Source: a virus (taxonomy: Duplodnaviria; Caudoviricetes). From it: a stretch of DNA of 64,000 nucleotides. The position numbers and the translations under genes are program-made. This document shows, one piece after another, positions 9,551-19,212 of this stretch (positions within the stretch are counted from its first letter, which is position 1; every line of letters begins with the position of its first letter). Location: IMG/VR virus record IMGVR_UViG_3300042890_005066, positions 1,777-65,776 of that record; one strand, given 5' to 3'. The notes beneath the pieces were generated by a model. The model was given only the letters and a program-made list of their open reading frames with translations. It was not told where the DNA came from and ran no database searches.

Positions 9551-11404
9551 TCAACCAGAGAATGTGGTTGCGAAAGTAGTATTATAACCACACTCGACCT
9601 GCTTCCAGAGAGACCCACCAGCAAGCGTCTGAATCGGTGATGACCTCCTAATTACAGTGTTATCACCAAGCTGGCCAACGCCATTAAAACCCCACACCCA
9701 TAATGTACCATCATTCTTGATAGCGGCAGTATGCTTATAGCCGCACGACACATATTTCCAATTAGTGCCACCAGCGACAGTCTGGACAGGCGAAGACCTA
9801 TCATTTATAGTATTGTCTCCAAGCTGGCCATAAGCGTTTGAACCCCATAACCATAAAGAACCGTCGGTCTTTATGCCAGCCATATGGCTCGCTCCAGCAG
9901 ACACTTTAAACCAATCCATACTCTTTGTAAAAACCTGAACCGGTGATGATCTATTCGTGATGCTGTTATCGCCCAGTTGCCCCCAGATGTTATAACCCCA
10001 TGTCCATAGAGAATAGTCAGTAGCGATAGCAGCAGAACTGCTGCTCACAGATACGTAGTTCCATCGTTTACCGGTGGCTGTGACTTGGATGGGAGAAGAC
10101 CTGTTAACGACCGTATTATCCCCAAGCTGACCATAAGCGTTACCACCCCAAAGCCATAGAGTATTATCATCTTTGATACCTGCAGAAGATAGTCCACCAC
10201 CTGTTGCCTGCAACCAGTTAGTTGCAGTTCCCACTTGAATTGGTGAGGACTTATTCACTGACGTAATATCACCGAGCTGACCACTACTATTTAACCCCCA
10301 TGTCCAAATAGTATTATCAGTCTTAGTCGCCACTGCATGGAGAGACATAGAAAGATACTTCCAATTAGTTCCGCCAGCAACAGTCTGAACTGGTGATGAT
10401 CTGTATGTAGTTGAAGTGTTTTGACCAAGCTCACCAGCAGTATTGTAACCCCATGTCCACAAAGTACCATCGGACTTGATACCGCCTGACCTATAAAAAC
10501 TCCTTGCAGCTTGTTCCCAATTTCCGCCGAAATCCACTGTCTGAACCGGCGTAGATCTGTTAGTTATAGAATTATCACCGAGCTGACCAAATTGATTAAC
10601 CCCAAACACAAATAATTTGCTACCAACATACTGATCTATCAACCAAGCATCAGTAATGAAAAGATCATTTAATTTGGTACCACCAGCATAAAATGTGCTC
10701 TTCCCAGTTCCATATGACAACCACCCTACGGTGCCGTGCGACTTTGTTGTCGCAACAGCGACATCTGAGGTATTACTGGCACCAAAAAGACCCGTTCCGC
10801 TCCATTGCAAATCGTTACTAATAATGCCGGTGCCATATGAGCCACCAGAATTCAAATTAATAGTAAACCCACCCTCCGTATCCGTAACGTTATTGTTGAA
10901 TTTCCAGTAATGAGATAAATTTAACGGGTACGGAGAGGTTAACTCTGTAGGTGCTCCACCATTGTAGATCGTGGTTAGGTTTACTGGGGTCGCATCAGTA
11001 CCTTGATAAATCTGAACTTCATCAACCGAGTCATAGAAGCCGATTGTATTAAAGCTCCTAGCGCCCGCCCCACCAGCCCCAATCGCAGTAAACGCTCCAG
11101 CATTTACACTATACCTATATCTTGGATTCTGAGGTACGTCATCAGCGCACCTTATCGCAAGCATATACCAAGTATCTGCAGTAGCGGCGCTAGCCGTTGT
11201 CGGGCCTAAAACCAAAGAACCATTCAAGCCTTCCACTACCCAATTACCAGAGCTGTAGGAAAACGAGATCATGCAGTTAGTATTAGGTGGTGTATTGTCG
11301 TCCACCCCGTTATCCAGCTTGAACCCTGATTTAACTCCTGCTGAGCTACGGTATTTGCACCATGCCACCATCGTCCAATCGCGTGCTGTTATAATTGCTG
11401 GCAT
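9551..11404 (-). CDS. LamG/concanavalin A-like domain fused to RCC1 repeats
   Basis: N-terminal WTMVAW, DTWYMLA, VDEVQIY, LSHYWKFN; C-terminal ~7 RCC1 repeats. Confidence 0.75.
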   Translation of the reverse strand: MPAIITARDWTMVAWCKYRSSAGVKSGFKLDNGVDDNTPPNTNCMISFSYSSGNWVVEGLNGSLVLGPTTASAATADTWYMLAIRCADDVPQNPRYRYSVNAGAFTAIGAGGAGARSFNTIGFYDSVDEVQIYQGTDATPVNLTTIYNGGAPTELTSPYPLNLSHYWKFNNNVTDTEGGFTINLNSGGSYGTGIISNDLQWSGTGLFGASNTSDVAVATTKSHGTVGWLSYGTGKSTFYAGGTKLNDLFITDAWLIDQYVGSKLFVFGVNQFGQLGDNSITNRSTPVQTVDFGGNWEQAARSFYRSGGIKSDGTLWTWGYNTAGELGQNTSTTYRSSPVQTVAGGTNWKYLSMSLHAVATKTDNTIWTWGLNSSGQLGDITSVNKSSPIQVGTATNWLQATGGGLSSAGIKDDNTLWLWGGNAYGQLGDNTVVNRSSPIQVTATGKRWNYVSVSSSSAAIATDYSLWTWGYNIWGQLGDNSITNRSSPVQVFTKSMDWFKVSAGASHMAGIKTDGSLWLWGSNAYGQLGDNTINDRSSPVQTVAGGTNWKYVSCGYKHTAAIKNDGTLWVWGFNGVGQLGDNTVIRRSSPIQTLAGGSLWKQVECGYNTTFATTFSG

Positions 11405-11407
11405 TTA

Positions 11408-14400
11408 TCATTCTCCTATGAGCTTGTTGTATTTCTCTTCGAGCTCATTGTATTTGATGCTCAATTCCTTTATTGCTTCCACCAGTAAGCTAGCCACATT
11501 GCCATAAGCCAATGATTTAACACCATCGTGTTCTTTCACAAGGTCTGGTAGCACTTTCTCTACCTCTTGCGCTATAAATCCTAAGCTATGGATGCCGGTA
11601 TCTTTCCAGTCAAATTCAACACCTCGGAGCTTGCTGACTTTATTAAGAGCATCTTCAATTGTTGAGATATTTTCTTTAAGTCTTTCATCCGAGTTCACGA
11701 TGATATTACCACCAGCTGTGAAATCACCGGTCGCTGGGTTAAAAGTTAGCTTTGTGGATGAAACATTAGCGGTCGTGATAGCACCGGAAGTAGCGCTCGT
11801 GAATACCAAATACCGCGTAGCTGCAGTGGTTGTGTCATCAACTATCGTCGTGCCACCAGTAATATCAGTAAGAAAAGCTATAGTCTGTCGGGTAGTAGAA
11901 GGCGAAAAATATAGCCTAGTCCCATCAAACTCCATATTGCCAGCAGCTATAGTAGTCATATTCGTGCCGCTGGTAAACCTCAAAGGTCCCGTTGATGCGG
12001 TACCGGCAACGAGATTTACAACTTTAGATGATAGCGTTTCCGCACCTGCTAATGTCGCCAAGGTACCAGTCGTCGGGAGAGTAACTGAAGTTATCCCGGT
12101 GGCGACAAATGTTCGTGCAAAAGCACCAGAGTGCGTGATATTGCCAGCCATTGTTAACGTGAAGCCGGTATTTGCGATCCCTGTGCCACCGTACTGACCA
12201 GGAATAACATTCCCGTTCCAAGTGGTATTCGTAGACAAGGTTTTATTCGTGAATGATTCAATGCCCGTCAGAGTCGCTAAAGTCCCAGTAGTGGGTAACG
12301 TGACCGATGTGGTACCGGTGGCTGTTAATGTACGGGCAAAAGCCCCAGCGTGAGAAACGTTACCAGCCATCGTTAGAGTGAAGCCAGTATTCGCTATACC
12401 TGTACCGCCATATTGACCAGGAATCACATTACCATTCCAAGTCGTATTAGTCGACAATGTCTTATTAGTAAAAGACTCTATACCAGTTAAAGTAGCGAGA
12501 GTCCCAGTAGTGGGTAATGTAACTGATGTAGTTCCGGTGGCAGTAAGTGTAGTAGCAAACGCACCACTAGTGGTAAGATTCCCACCGATAGTGATTGTCT
12601 TGCCGGTGTTTGCTATCCCAGTACCACCGTATTGCCCTGCTATTACAGTTCCGGTCCAAGTCCCTGTCATCGCACTATCAAGGTAAGCGACGACTTTTCT
12701 AGCACCAGCAACAGAAAAATAATAATTAGCATTGTCAAACTCTATGGAACCATTCGCTACAGCAGTAGTATTAGCTCCTGAGGTAAGTCTTAGCCCAGCG
12801 ACTGTAGTGTTACCAGCGCCTGTGGTAATATACTTATTGCTAAGTGATTCAGTGCCAGCTAATGTAGACAAAGTCCCAGTTGTGGGTAACGTTATTGAAG
12901 TGTTAGCAGTAGATGTAAAAGTAGTAGTAAAAGCACCGCTGGTGGTAAGATTCCCGCCAATAGTGATTGTTTTACCAGTGTTCGCTATCCCAGTCCCGCC
13001 ATACTGGCCCAGCACCACATTGCCATTATAATCAACATTAGTCGATAATGTCTTATTAGTAAAAGTCTCTGAGCCAGCCAATGTCGCTAAAGTTCCAGCA
13101 GTGGGTAAAGTAACTGAAGTATTAGCAGTGGAAGTTAAAGTAGTGGTGAAAGCACCAGATGTCGTAAAATCACCGCCAATTGTAATAGTCTTACCAGTGT
13201 TAGCGATACCTGTACCACCGTACTGACCTGCTATAACATTTCCATTCCACGCCGTATTAGTTGATAATGTCTTGTTGGTAAAAGTCTCGGACCCAGCTAA
13301 CGTTGACAAAGTCCCAGCAGTAGGCAACGTTACACTGGTGCCTGCAGTTGCTGTTAAAGTCGTATCGAAAGCACCAGATGTCGTGAAATTACCACCGATG
13401 GTGATAATCCTACCAGTGTTGGCCACGCCTGTACCACCGTATTGACCGGGGATAACATTACCATTCCAAGTCGTGTTAGTTGACAATGTTTTATTAGTTA
13501 ATGTTTCTGATCCTGCTAGCGTCGCGAGAGTCCCAGCCGTAGGCAAAGTGACTGATGTAGTGCCAGTGGCAGTTAAAGTAGTAGTAAACGCACCACTAGT
13601 AGTAAGATTCCCGCCGATAGTAATAGTTTTGCCAGTGTTTGCGATTCCAGTACCACCGTACTGCCCAGCTACTACAGCCCCCGCCCAAGTGCCAGTTAAA
13701 GTGCTATCTGTGTAAGCATTGACTTTTCTAGCACCAGCCACAGAAAAATAAAAATTCGTATTGTCGAATTCTATAGAACCATTCGCTACCGCAGTAGTAT
13801 TCGCACCAGAAGTCAGCACTAACCCAGCTATCGAAGTATTGCCCGCACCAGTTGTGATGTACTTGTTGCTTAAGGATTCAGTGCCAGTTAACGTTGCTAG
13901 CGTTCCGGTCGTAGGCAAAGTCACTGAAGTGTTAGCAGTAGAAGTTAAAGTAGTAGTGAAAGCCCCAGATGTCGTGAAATTGCCACCAATCGTTATGGTT
14001 TTACCTGTATTCGCTACTCCAGTACCACCGTACTGTCCTCCAATGACATTACCGTTCCACGTCGTATTTGTCGACAACGTCTTATTAGTTAATGTTTCTG
14101 ACCCAGCTAGCGTTGATAAAGTACCAGCCGTAGGTAACGTTACACTAGTGCCTGCGGTGGCTATTAAGGTAGTATCGAAAGCTCCAGATGTAGTTAAATT
14201 CCCACCTATAGTGATGGTCTTGCCGGTATTTGCTACTCCTGTTCCACCATACTGCCCTGCTATAATATTACCATTCCAAGTCGTATTAGTTGATAGCGTT
14301 TTATTAGTAAAAGATTCTATACCAGCTAACGTGGCTAGGGTCCCAGCAGTTGGTAACGTAACGGATGTGGCTCCAGTAGCTGTAAAAGTCTGGGCAAAAG

Positions 14401-15085
14401 CCCCAGCGTGAGAAACGTTACCAGCCATCGTTAGAGTGAAGCCAGTATTTGCTATCCCCGTACCACCGTATTGACCGGGGATGACATTCCCGTTCCAAGT
14501 GGTATTCGTAGACATAGTCTTATTGGTAAACGATTCAATACCAGCTAGAGTCGACAAAATGCCAGCGGTAGGCAATGTAACACTAGTATTAGCAGTAGAA
14601 GTAAAAGTCGTGGTAAAGGCGCCAGATGTCGTAAGATTACCACCTATCGTTATAGTCTTACCGGTATTAGCGATCCCCGTACCACCGTATTGGCCAGATA
14701 TCAAATTACCGTTGTAGTCTACGTTCGTTGATAATGTCTTGTTAGTGAGTGTCTGTACGTCCGTTAATGTGGCGTAGTTCACGATCTGATTCGCTGGCAG
14801 CGTTACAAAAACATTTTTCGTGCCTGTGCTGAATGTTACGACAGTGTTGGAGTTACTGCTTTTTAATACTGTTGTTCTTGTGAAAGTCGTTGGAGCACTT
14901 AAAGTTCCTAGACCTATTTCCCACTCTGTTGTGCCTGGGTTCTCGATAACGTAGTAGCAAGTATTGCCTACCCCTATGGTGGCGTTAAATGTTTGATATC
15001 CAGTCGCGGCCCCGGCTAGCGTAATATTAGTTGCGCCTGTAGTCTCGCTAGTCTCTTTCACTCTATCAGCTATTACCAGGGGCAT
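11408..15085 (-). CDS. repeat-rich tail/virion fibre with C-terminal peptidase S74 intramolecular chaperone
   Basis: N-terminal ADRVKET anchor; 11 copies of a ~73-aa GQYGGTG repeat; C-terminal SDERLKENI..LRGV.FDW..GFIAQEVE..LVEAIKEL coiled coil. Confidence 0.85.
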   Translation of the reverse strand: MPLVIADRVKETSETTGATNITLAGAATGYQTFNATIGVGNTCYYVIENPGTTEWEIGLGTLSAPTTFTRTTVLKSSNSNTVVTFSTGTKNVFVTLPANQIVNYATLTDVQTLTNKTLSTNVDYNGNLISGQYGGTGIANTGKTITIGGNLTTSGAFTTTFTSTANTSVTLPTAGILSTLAGIESFTNKTMSTNTTWNGNVIPGQYGGTGIANTGFTLTMAGNVSHAGAFAQTFTATGATSVTLPTAGTLATLAGIESFTNKTLSTNTTWNGNIIAGQYGGTGVANTGKTITIGGNLTTSGAFDTTLIATAGTSVTLPTAGTLSTLAGSETLTNKTLSTNTTWNGNVIGGQYGGTGVANTGKTITIGGNFTTSGAFTTTLTSTANTSVTLPTTGTLATLTGTESLSNKYITTGAGNTSIAGLVLTSGANTTAVANGSIEFDNTNFYFSVAGARKVNAYTDSTLTGTWAGAVVAGQYGGTGIANTGKTITIGGNLTTSGAFTTTLTATGTTSVTLPTAGTLATLAGSETLTNKTLSTNTTWNGNVIPGQYGGTGVANTGRIITIGGNFTTSGAFDTTLTATAGTSVTLPTAGTLSTLAGSETFTNKTLSTNTAWNGNVIAGQYGGTGIANTGKTITIGGDFTTSGAFTTTLTSTANTSVTLPTAGTLATLAGSETFTNKTLSTNVDYNGNVVLGQYGGTGIANTGKTITIGGNLTTSGAFTTTFTSTANTSITLPTTGTLSTLAGTESLSNKYITTGAGNTTVAGLRLTSGANTTAVANGSIEFDNANYYFSVAGARKVVAYLDSAMTGTWTGTVIAGQYGGTGIANTGKTITIGGNLTTSGAFATTLTATGTTSVTLPTTGTLATLTGIESFTNKTLSTNTTWNGNVIPGQYGGTGIANTGFTLTMAGNVSHAGAFARTLTATGTTSVTLPTTGTLATLTGIESFTNKTLSTNTTWNGNVIPGQYGGTGIANTGFTLTMAGNITHSGAFARTFVATGITSVTLPTTGTLATLAGAETLSSKVVNLVAGTASTGPLRFTSGTNMTTIAAGNMEFDGTRLYFSPSTTRQTIAFLTDITGGTTIVDDTTTAATRYLVFTSATSGAITTANVSSTKLTFNPATGDFTAGGNIIVNSDERLKENISTIEDALNKVSKLRGVEFDWKDTGIHSLGFIAQEVEKVLPDLVKEHDGVKSLAYGNVASLLVEAIKELSIKYNELEEKYNKLIGE

Positions 15086-15184
15086 AAAATTTCTCCTTAG
15101 GCTAAGATATATTTGTTACAAGTAAATATACGGTACCTAAAAATTATAGTCGCTAATGGCTATAGACACATAATAGGATAGAAT

Positions 15185-15493
15185 ATGTATAACCCTGAAA
15201 AACCGACATTTAACGTCTCCGAACCATTTCTAGGTGTCACGAGCGTACAGCTAAACAGACCCATGGTAGACCTACTGATAAACGTGCTGCAAGACCAAGA
15301 AGGCCAACTAGAAAAAGAAGTATGGGCATTAGTCAGAGCTTTAAACGACCCAGCTGGCTGTAGAGAAATGAGAGCACAACGCAAACGCCTCATTAGACCG
15401 ACAAGACCAAGATACAACACAAGATACAACCAATACGAAGAATACGAACAAGACACAGAAATAGACGAAACACAAGACCAACCAAACGAATAA
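15185..15493 (+). CDS. hypothetical protein
   Basis: AGGA RBS, divergent from fibre gene, followed by terminator. Confidence 0.7.
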   Translation: MYNPEKPTFNVSEPFLGVTSVQLNRPMVDLLINVLQDQEGQLEKEVWALVRALNDPAGCREMRAQRKRLIRPTRPRYNTRYNQYEEYEQDTEIDETQDQPNE

Positions 15494-15497
15494 TCAC

Positions 15498-15523
15498 AAG
15501 GCACGGTGAAAACCGTGCCTTTT
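15498..15523 (+). terminator. rho-independent terminator
   Basis: AAGGCACGGT-GAAA-ACCGTGCCTT followed by T residues, between convergent genes. Confidence 0.8.
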
Positions 15524-16020
15524 CAATAGACCTTACAATTATCAACCATAAAATCACCGATATTAGTCTTAATAATAACATCATAAACATCAGACTCAAG
15601 AGCTATCACCTTCACACCATAATGTGCTGAATGAATATGCTCAACAAGCTTCTTAATCTCACCATCGACAACGATCTGAGAATAGCAAACCGGGCAAATT
15701 AACTGAACAGTTTCCTCCCACAAATCGTCTAATAAAAAAAGAAACTCTAGATATTCATAAAATTTAGCCTTGTATACTTCATCGTACGAGAAGCATACTT
15801 GGTCCATCACGACAGAAAAATAATACCTCTCATCATCAAATCGTTTTATTTCGATAGAACCAAGCTTTACAGTATCATCGTTGATAATATGCACACACTC
15901 ACCCGAAAGTCTAAAAGGACCATTCTTCCTAGTGCTAAAAGCTTCAGCTATTCTCTTGATGCGTCTGATCTTACCGCCAGTAGCGATACCCAAAACATCA
16001 TACATCATCATTGTCACCAT
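15523..16020 (-). CDS. hypothetical protein with C2H2-like zinc finger
   Basis: CPVC...HIHSAH near C-terminus. Confidence 0.6.
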   Translation of the reverse strand: MVTMMMYDVLGIATGGKIRRIKRIAEAFSTRKNGPFRLSGECVHIINDDTVKLGSIEIKRFDDERYYFSVVMDQVCFSYDEVYKAKFYEYLEFLFLLDDLWEETVQLICPVCYSQIVVDGEIKKLVEHIHSAHYGVKVIALESDVYDVIIKTNIGDFMVDNCKVY

Positions 16021-16903
16021 ATTCCATAAAACGCAAAGACTTCTCTATCTTCCCACAAGCATCAATTAATAACTTGCGTGACTTACTCGATATTTTCTGC
16101 AACACCTTTCTATCCAAAGAGCCTAAAACCTTAACAACATCGGTCGCTTTTTTATCGGCAGCAGCATCACCTATAAAATCGTCTGGTAAACCATTCTCTA
16201 ACCACTGATGTAACCTCTTCCTAAAATCTTTCGCCCTATGGATCATAAACTCACCATCGTCCCTAAGATGGACAAGATATGAATCAGAAAGCTTAAAATC
16301 GGTATTCTTCTCGATTATCAGACGATATAAGCTCAATTGTATGCTATAATAGTTCAACTCGCAATTATCAAGATCGTTAAATGGTGGAAGAAGCTTCTCG
16401 TAATGGTTATCTATTCGAAATTTACCGGTCTTCCAGTCGAATATGTGCTTTGATTCAGTGCCTTTTATAGTGCATCTAAATATAGCGTCAACTCGACCAG
16501 CGACACCGTATTGTGCATCTCCTACTACACATTCTTGATACTCAAGTTTAGCTTTTAATTTAGAAGCTAGTCTTTCCCAGACTTTATCAAAGGCATTCAT
16601 TGCTTCTATGCGGTTGTTTACGGCTCTTGTGATGGGGTCTATTTTATCAACCATTAGATCTTCGATATATGTGTGCAGTCTTGTGCCCCTGTCTCTGCCC
16701 TGTTCTCCTTTCTTTTCCCATTGTTGCAGCACTTCTTCTTGTGATAACCCATCTCTTTCTGCTACTCTTCTGCTGACTCCTTCTTTGTCGAAGTCTGGTT
16801 TTAATCTTGATACAAGCGTGGTGGCCGAGATGAGGTTTTTATCATCTATTTTGTAGCCGTGGTTTTCAGTGTCTACTATAATGTGTTTGAATGCATTTTC
16901 CAT
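15998..16903 (-). CDS. PD-(D/E)XK RecB-family exonuclease
   Basis: SATTLV, GTRLH, E, AGRVD, IFDWKTG, YSIQLSLY motifs. Confidence 0.8.
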   Translation of the reverse strand: MENAFKHIIVDTENHGYKIDDKNLISATTLVSRLKPDFDKEGVSRRVAERDGLSQEEVLQQWEKKGEQGRDRGTRLHTYIEDLMVDKIDPITRAVNNRIEAMNAFDKVWERLASKLKAKLEYQECVVGDAQYGVAGRVDAIFRCTIKGTESKHIFDWKTGKFRIDNHYEKLLPPFNDLDNCELNYYSIQLSLYRLIIEKNTDFKLSDSYLVHLRDDGEFMIHRAKDFRKRLHQWLENGLPDDFIGDAAADKKATDVVKVLGSLDRKVLQKISSKSRKLLIDACGKIEKSLRFMEYGDNDDV

Positions 16904-16990
16904 ATAGTTTAAATACTGTTAAGATCTTGTGAAGTTGCTTAAAATAACGGAATTAACCAAAAACCTTGCTGATGTATCTCAAAACATATC

Positions 16991-17257
16991 ATGCACAAAG
17001 GAGGGCAAATTATGCCTAAGCTACCAAGTCCACATGTCATAGCAGCGATAGTCGTTCTGAGCTTCGCGGCAATGGCCAATACCGACGCTACTATAAAAGC
17101 ACTCGAACAAGAGCAGAAAATACTTGATGATAAAATATTCGATATTATGAGAAGAACATACATCAGACTCAAGATAGAAAATAAGCTACGAGGTCATCTC
17201 AAGAAAGAGTATGAGTCATTCATTGGGTATGACCTCGTGCTAAATCACCAATCATAG
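16991..17257 (+). CDS. hypothetical protein with N-terminal hydrophobic segment
   Basis: GGAGG RBS before MPKL; hydrophobic VIAAIVVLSFAAMA. Confidence 0.5.
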   Translation: MHKGGQIMPKLPSPHVIAAIVVLSFAAMANTDATIKALEQEQKILDDKIFDIMRRTYIRLKIENKLRGHLKKEYESFIGYDLVLNHQS

Positions 17258-17925
17258 CTCTCTAACATCATCTTCTTCAAAGATCTGCGAAAGCTTTCGG
17301 TTTTTGGAGAACGACCACGAACCCTATCAGCAAAGCTGCTAAATCTGGCTTGCGAATCGCCTCTCCTTGGTCTGAAAGGAGGTGCTGATGATTGAGCAGG
17401 TGCGGCAGCCAGCTCTGGTTCATCAGAATCATACTGGTCTATCATATCCCACATTGAGTCGTCGTATTCGACACCTTCTGGGTCTTGACCGTACAATTCA
17501 GGCATCGGCCCATATGCTCGTTCGCGTTCTGGGTCCGGCTCTGGCATTGGGGGACCTTGTGGCCATCTCCAACTTTTTGGTTTTTCATCCATCTTCATTT
17601 CTTCGCTACCACGAAGAAAATCAGTATCAGAGTCACCAGGGGAGTGGTAGACAGTGCCGGGCACGTCGCGTGCAGTCCTCCATAAATGGGCATTGTTAGG
17701 ATCATCATGCAGATCCTGGATTACTTTACCAACTGCAGCCGGGCTAGCTCCGCCAATGAGCTCAGCAATTTCAGCGTTACTCCACTCACCCGGGTGGTGA
17801 ATAAGAATATCTAAAATCTTTTCCCGAACACCTTTCGTGATATTCTTTCTTGGACCAGCCTCATTTAGATCATAAGACATGGCTTCAGCGATTAAAGCAA
17901 TAATATACGGAGACATATTTGACAT
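17245..17925 (-). CDS. HTH-containing hypothetical protein, possible head-internal protein
   Basis: WSNAEIAELIGGASPAAVGKVI helix-turn-helix; LIAE/LNE N-terminal sites; GAGG RBS. Confidence 0.55.
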   Translation of the reverse strand: MSNMSPYIIALIAEAMSYDLNEAGPRKNITKGVREKILDILIHHPGEWSNAEIAELIGGASPAAVGKVIQDLHDDPNNAHLWRTARDVPGTVYHSPGDSDTDFLRGSEEMKMDEKPKSWRWPQGPPMPEPDPERERAYGPMPELYGQDPEGVEYDDSMWDMIDQYDSDEPELAAAPAQSSAPPFRPRRGDSQARFSSFADRVRGRSPKTESFRRSLKKMMLESYDW

Positions 17926-17941
17926 AGCTAACCTCTCTTTC

Positions 17942-18598
17942 TTAACTTATGTTTACGTCCACAAAGCCAAGTTCGTCCAGACAAATAAAAGTTGTGCCAT
18001 CTATGGTATGTGACCAATCATTATGATAATGCCCAAAATACCAGAGCGAAGGCTTATGACATTCGAACATCTTCTGGAGATATATTGAGGTCAAAGTCGC
18101 AAAAGACAGCGGATCGAAACCAAATCCTGTTAGAACCCTATCATCGCCTACCATAGAAGTAAGCATTTTAGGGCACTCGTGCGTGACCATTATATCTGGT
18201 TTAGCTGCTTTGTATGCTTCCAAAGCTTTTTCAAAAACATCTTCTTTTAGCTCTTCATTAAACCAGTAAGTCGGAGGGCCTCCCCAAGACATAGCCCTAA
18301 GCCTAGATTGTTTGTCTATGGAGAAGCCACCACGCACAAAAAAGAGACTAACACCACCCAGAACAGCAGACCCGTAATCTTTAGAACCGTCTGAACTGAT
18401 CATAGCGTGCGGCGTCTGGTAGTAGTCGTCATAGTTATCATGGTTTCCACCCACAAAGACGTGGTTAGATGATTCAAGAGGGGATAGAGGCTCATAATCG
18501 AACCCCATGTCCCCTACTTGTAGCGAATATTCTGATTCAGATGCGATCTTCAGATATTCTTTGTATTTGCCGTGCACATCACCAATGATTCTTAACAT
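17942..18598 (-). CDS. calcineurin-like metallophosphoesterase
   Basis: GDVHG, VGD, GGNHD, THECP, FGHYH. Confidence 0.85.
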   Translation of the reverse strand: MLRIIGDVHGKYKEYLKIASESEYSLQVGDMGFDYEPLSPLESSNHVFVGGNHDNYDDYYQTPHAMISSDGSKDYGSAVLGGVSLFFVRGGFSIDKQSRLRAMSWGGPPTYWFNEELKEDVFEKALEAYKAAKPDIMVTHECPKMLTSMVGDDRVLTGFGFDPLSFATLTSIYLQKMFECHKPSLWYFGHYHNDWSHTIDGTTFICLDELGFVDVNIS

Positions 18599-18636
18599 GG
18601 TTCACCTCAGAGTTATGTTACTCTCTGAAATACATG

Positions 18637-18852
18637 TTAGACGTTGTAGGCTAGAAACTCCAAATACTTTGCGTTTTTGGGTATCGTCACTTCTTTGGTG
18701 AGGGTGTTGTCAATTGTGCCTATATTGGTTAATGTTGTGCCATATAGGTTTGAGCTCCCTACGATGTACTTTGTTCTATTCTCTTCGCTATTTGGTGGCA
18801 CTTGCACGAAACCGTTAATAATTGGGTATTGTCTAAAGATTCTGATAGCCAT
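18637..18852 (-). CDS. hypothetical protein
   Basis: ORF with AAGGA RBS and upstream AT-rich motif. Confidence 0.55.
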   Translation of the reverse strand: MAIRIFRQYPIINGFVQVPPNSEENRTKYIVGSSNLYGTTLTNIGTIDNTLTKEVTIPKNAKYLEFLAYNV

Positions 18853-18929
18853 GGTTCACTATCCTTTCAAGATTTGGGTGTGCTGTTAATTTATATTTTA
18901 TAAGCCACAGGCATACTATTTTATAGCCA

Positions 18930-19163
18930 TCATATATGTTTTTGCAGATTTTTCACATCTGCAACAGCCATATCAGTGAGTATACTGTTCAGAAGCACTT
19001 CATCTCTACAATAATCAACTAGCTCCATAGACGCGGAACCAGGATGCTTCTCATCGTATTCCAAGATGAACTTTGGATCTTTTATAGCAATATCGATCAA
19101 ACGCTTCCCAGAATAGATGCCATCAGTGACTCTGATGAGGTCGTTCCTGTGTTTATTAGCCAT
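18930..19163 (-). CDS. small protein, DUF3820-like (G-Y-G..D.DP)
   Basis: GIYSGKRLIDIAIKDPKFI resembles FGKYxG..I..DP.Y of 27659..27880. Confidence 0.45.
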   Translation of the reverse strand: MANKHRNDLIRVTDGIYSGKRLIDIAIKDPKFILEYDEKHPGSASMELVDYCRDEVLLNSILTDMAVADVKNLQKHI

Positions 19164-19212
19164 CTCTTAGACCCTTGAAAGTATTAGGTAATCATCAGAT
19201 ATCTATCACTGG

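Noticed and set aside
15998-16903. Cas4 / CRISPR system
   Set aside because: No Fe-S cysteine cluster, no other cas genes, no repeat-spacer array seen; all repeats are coding.
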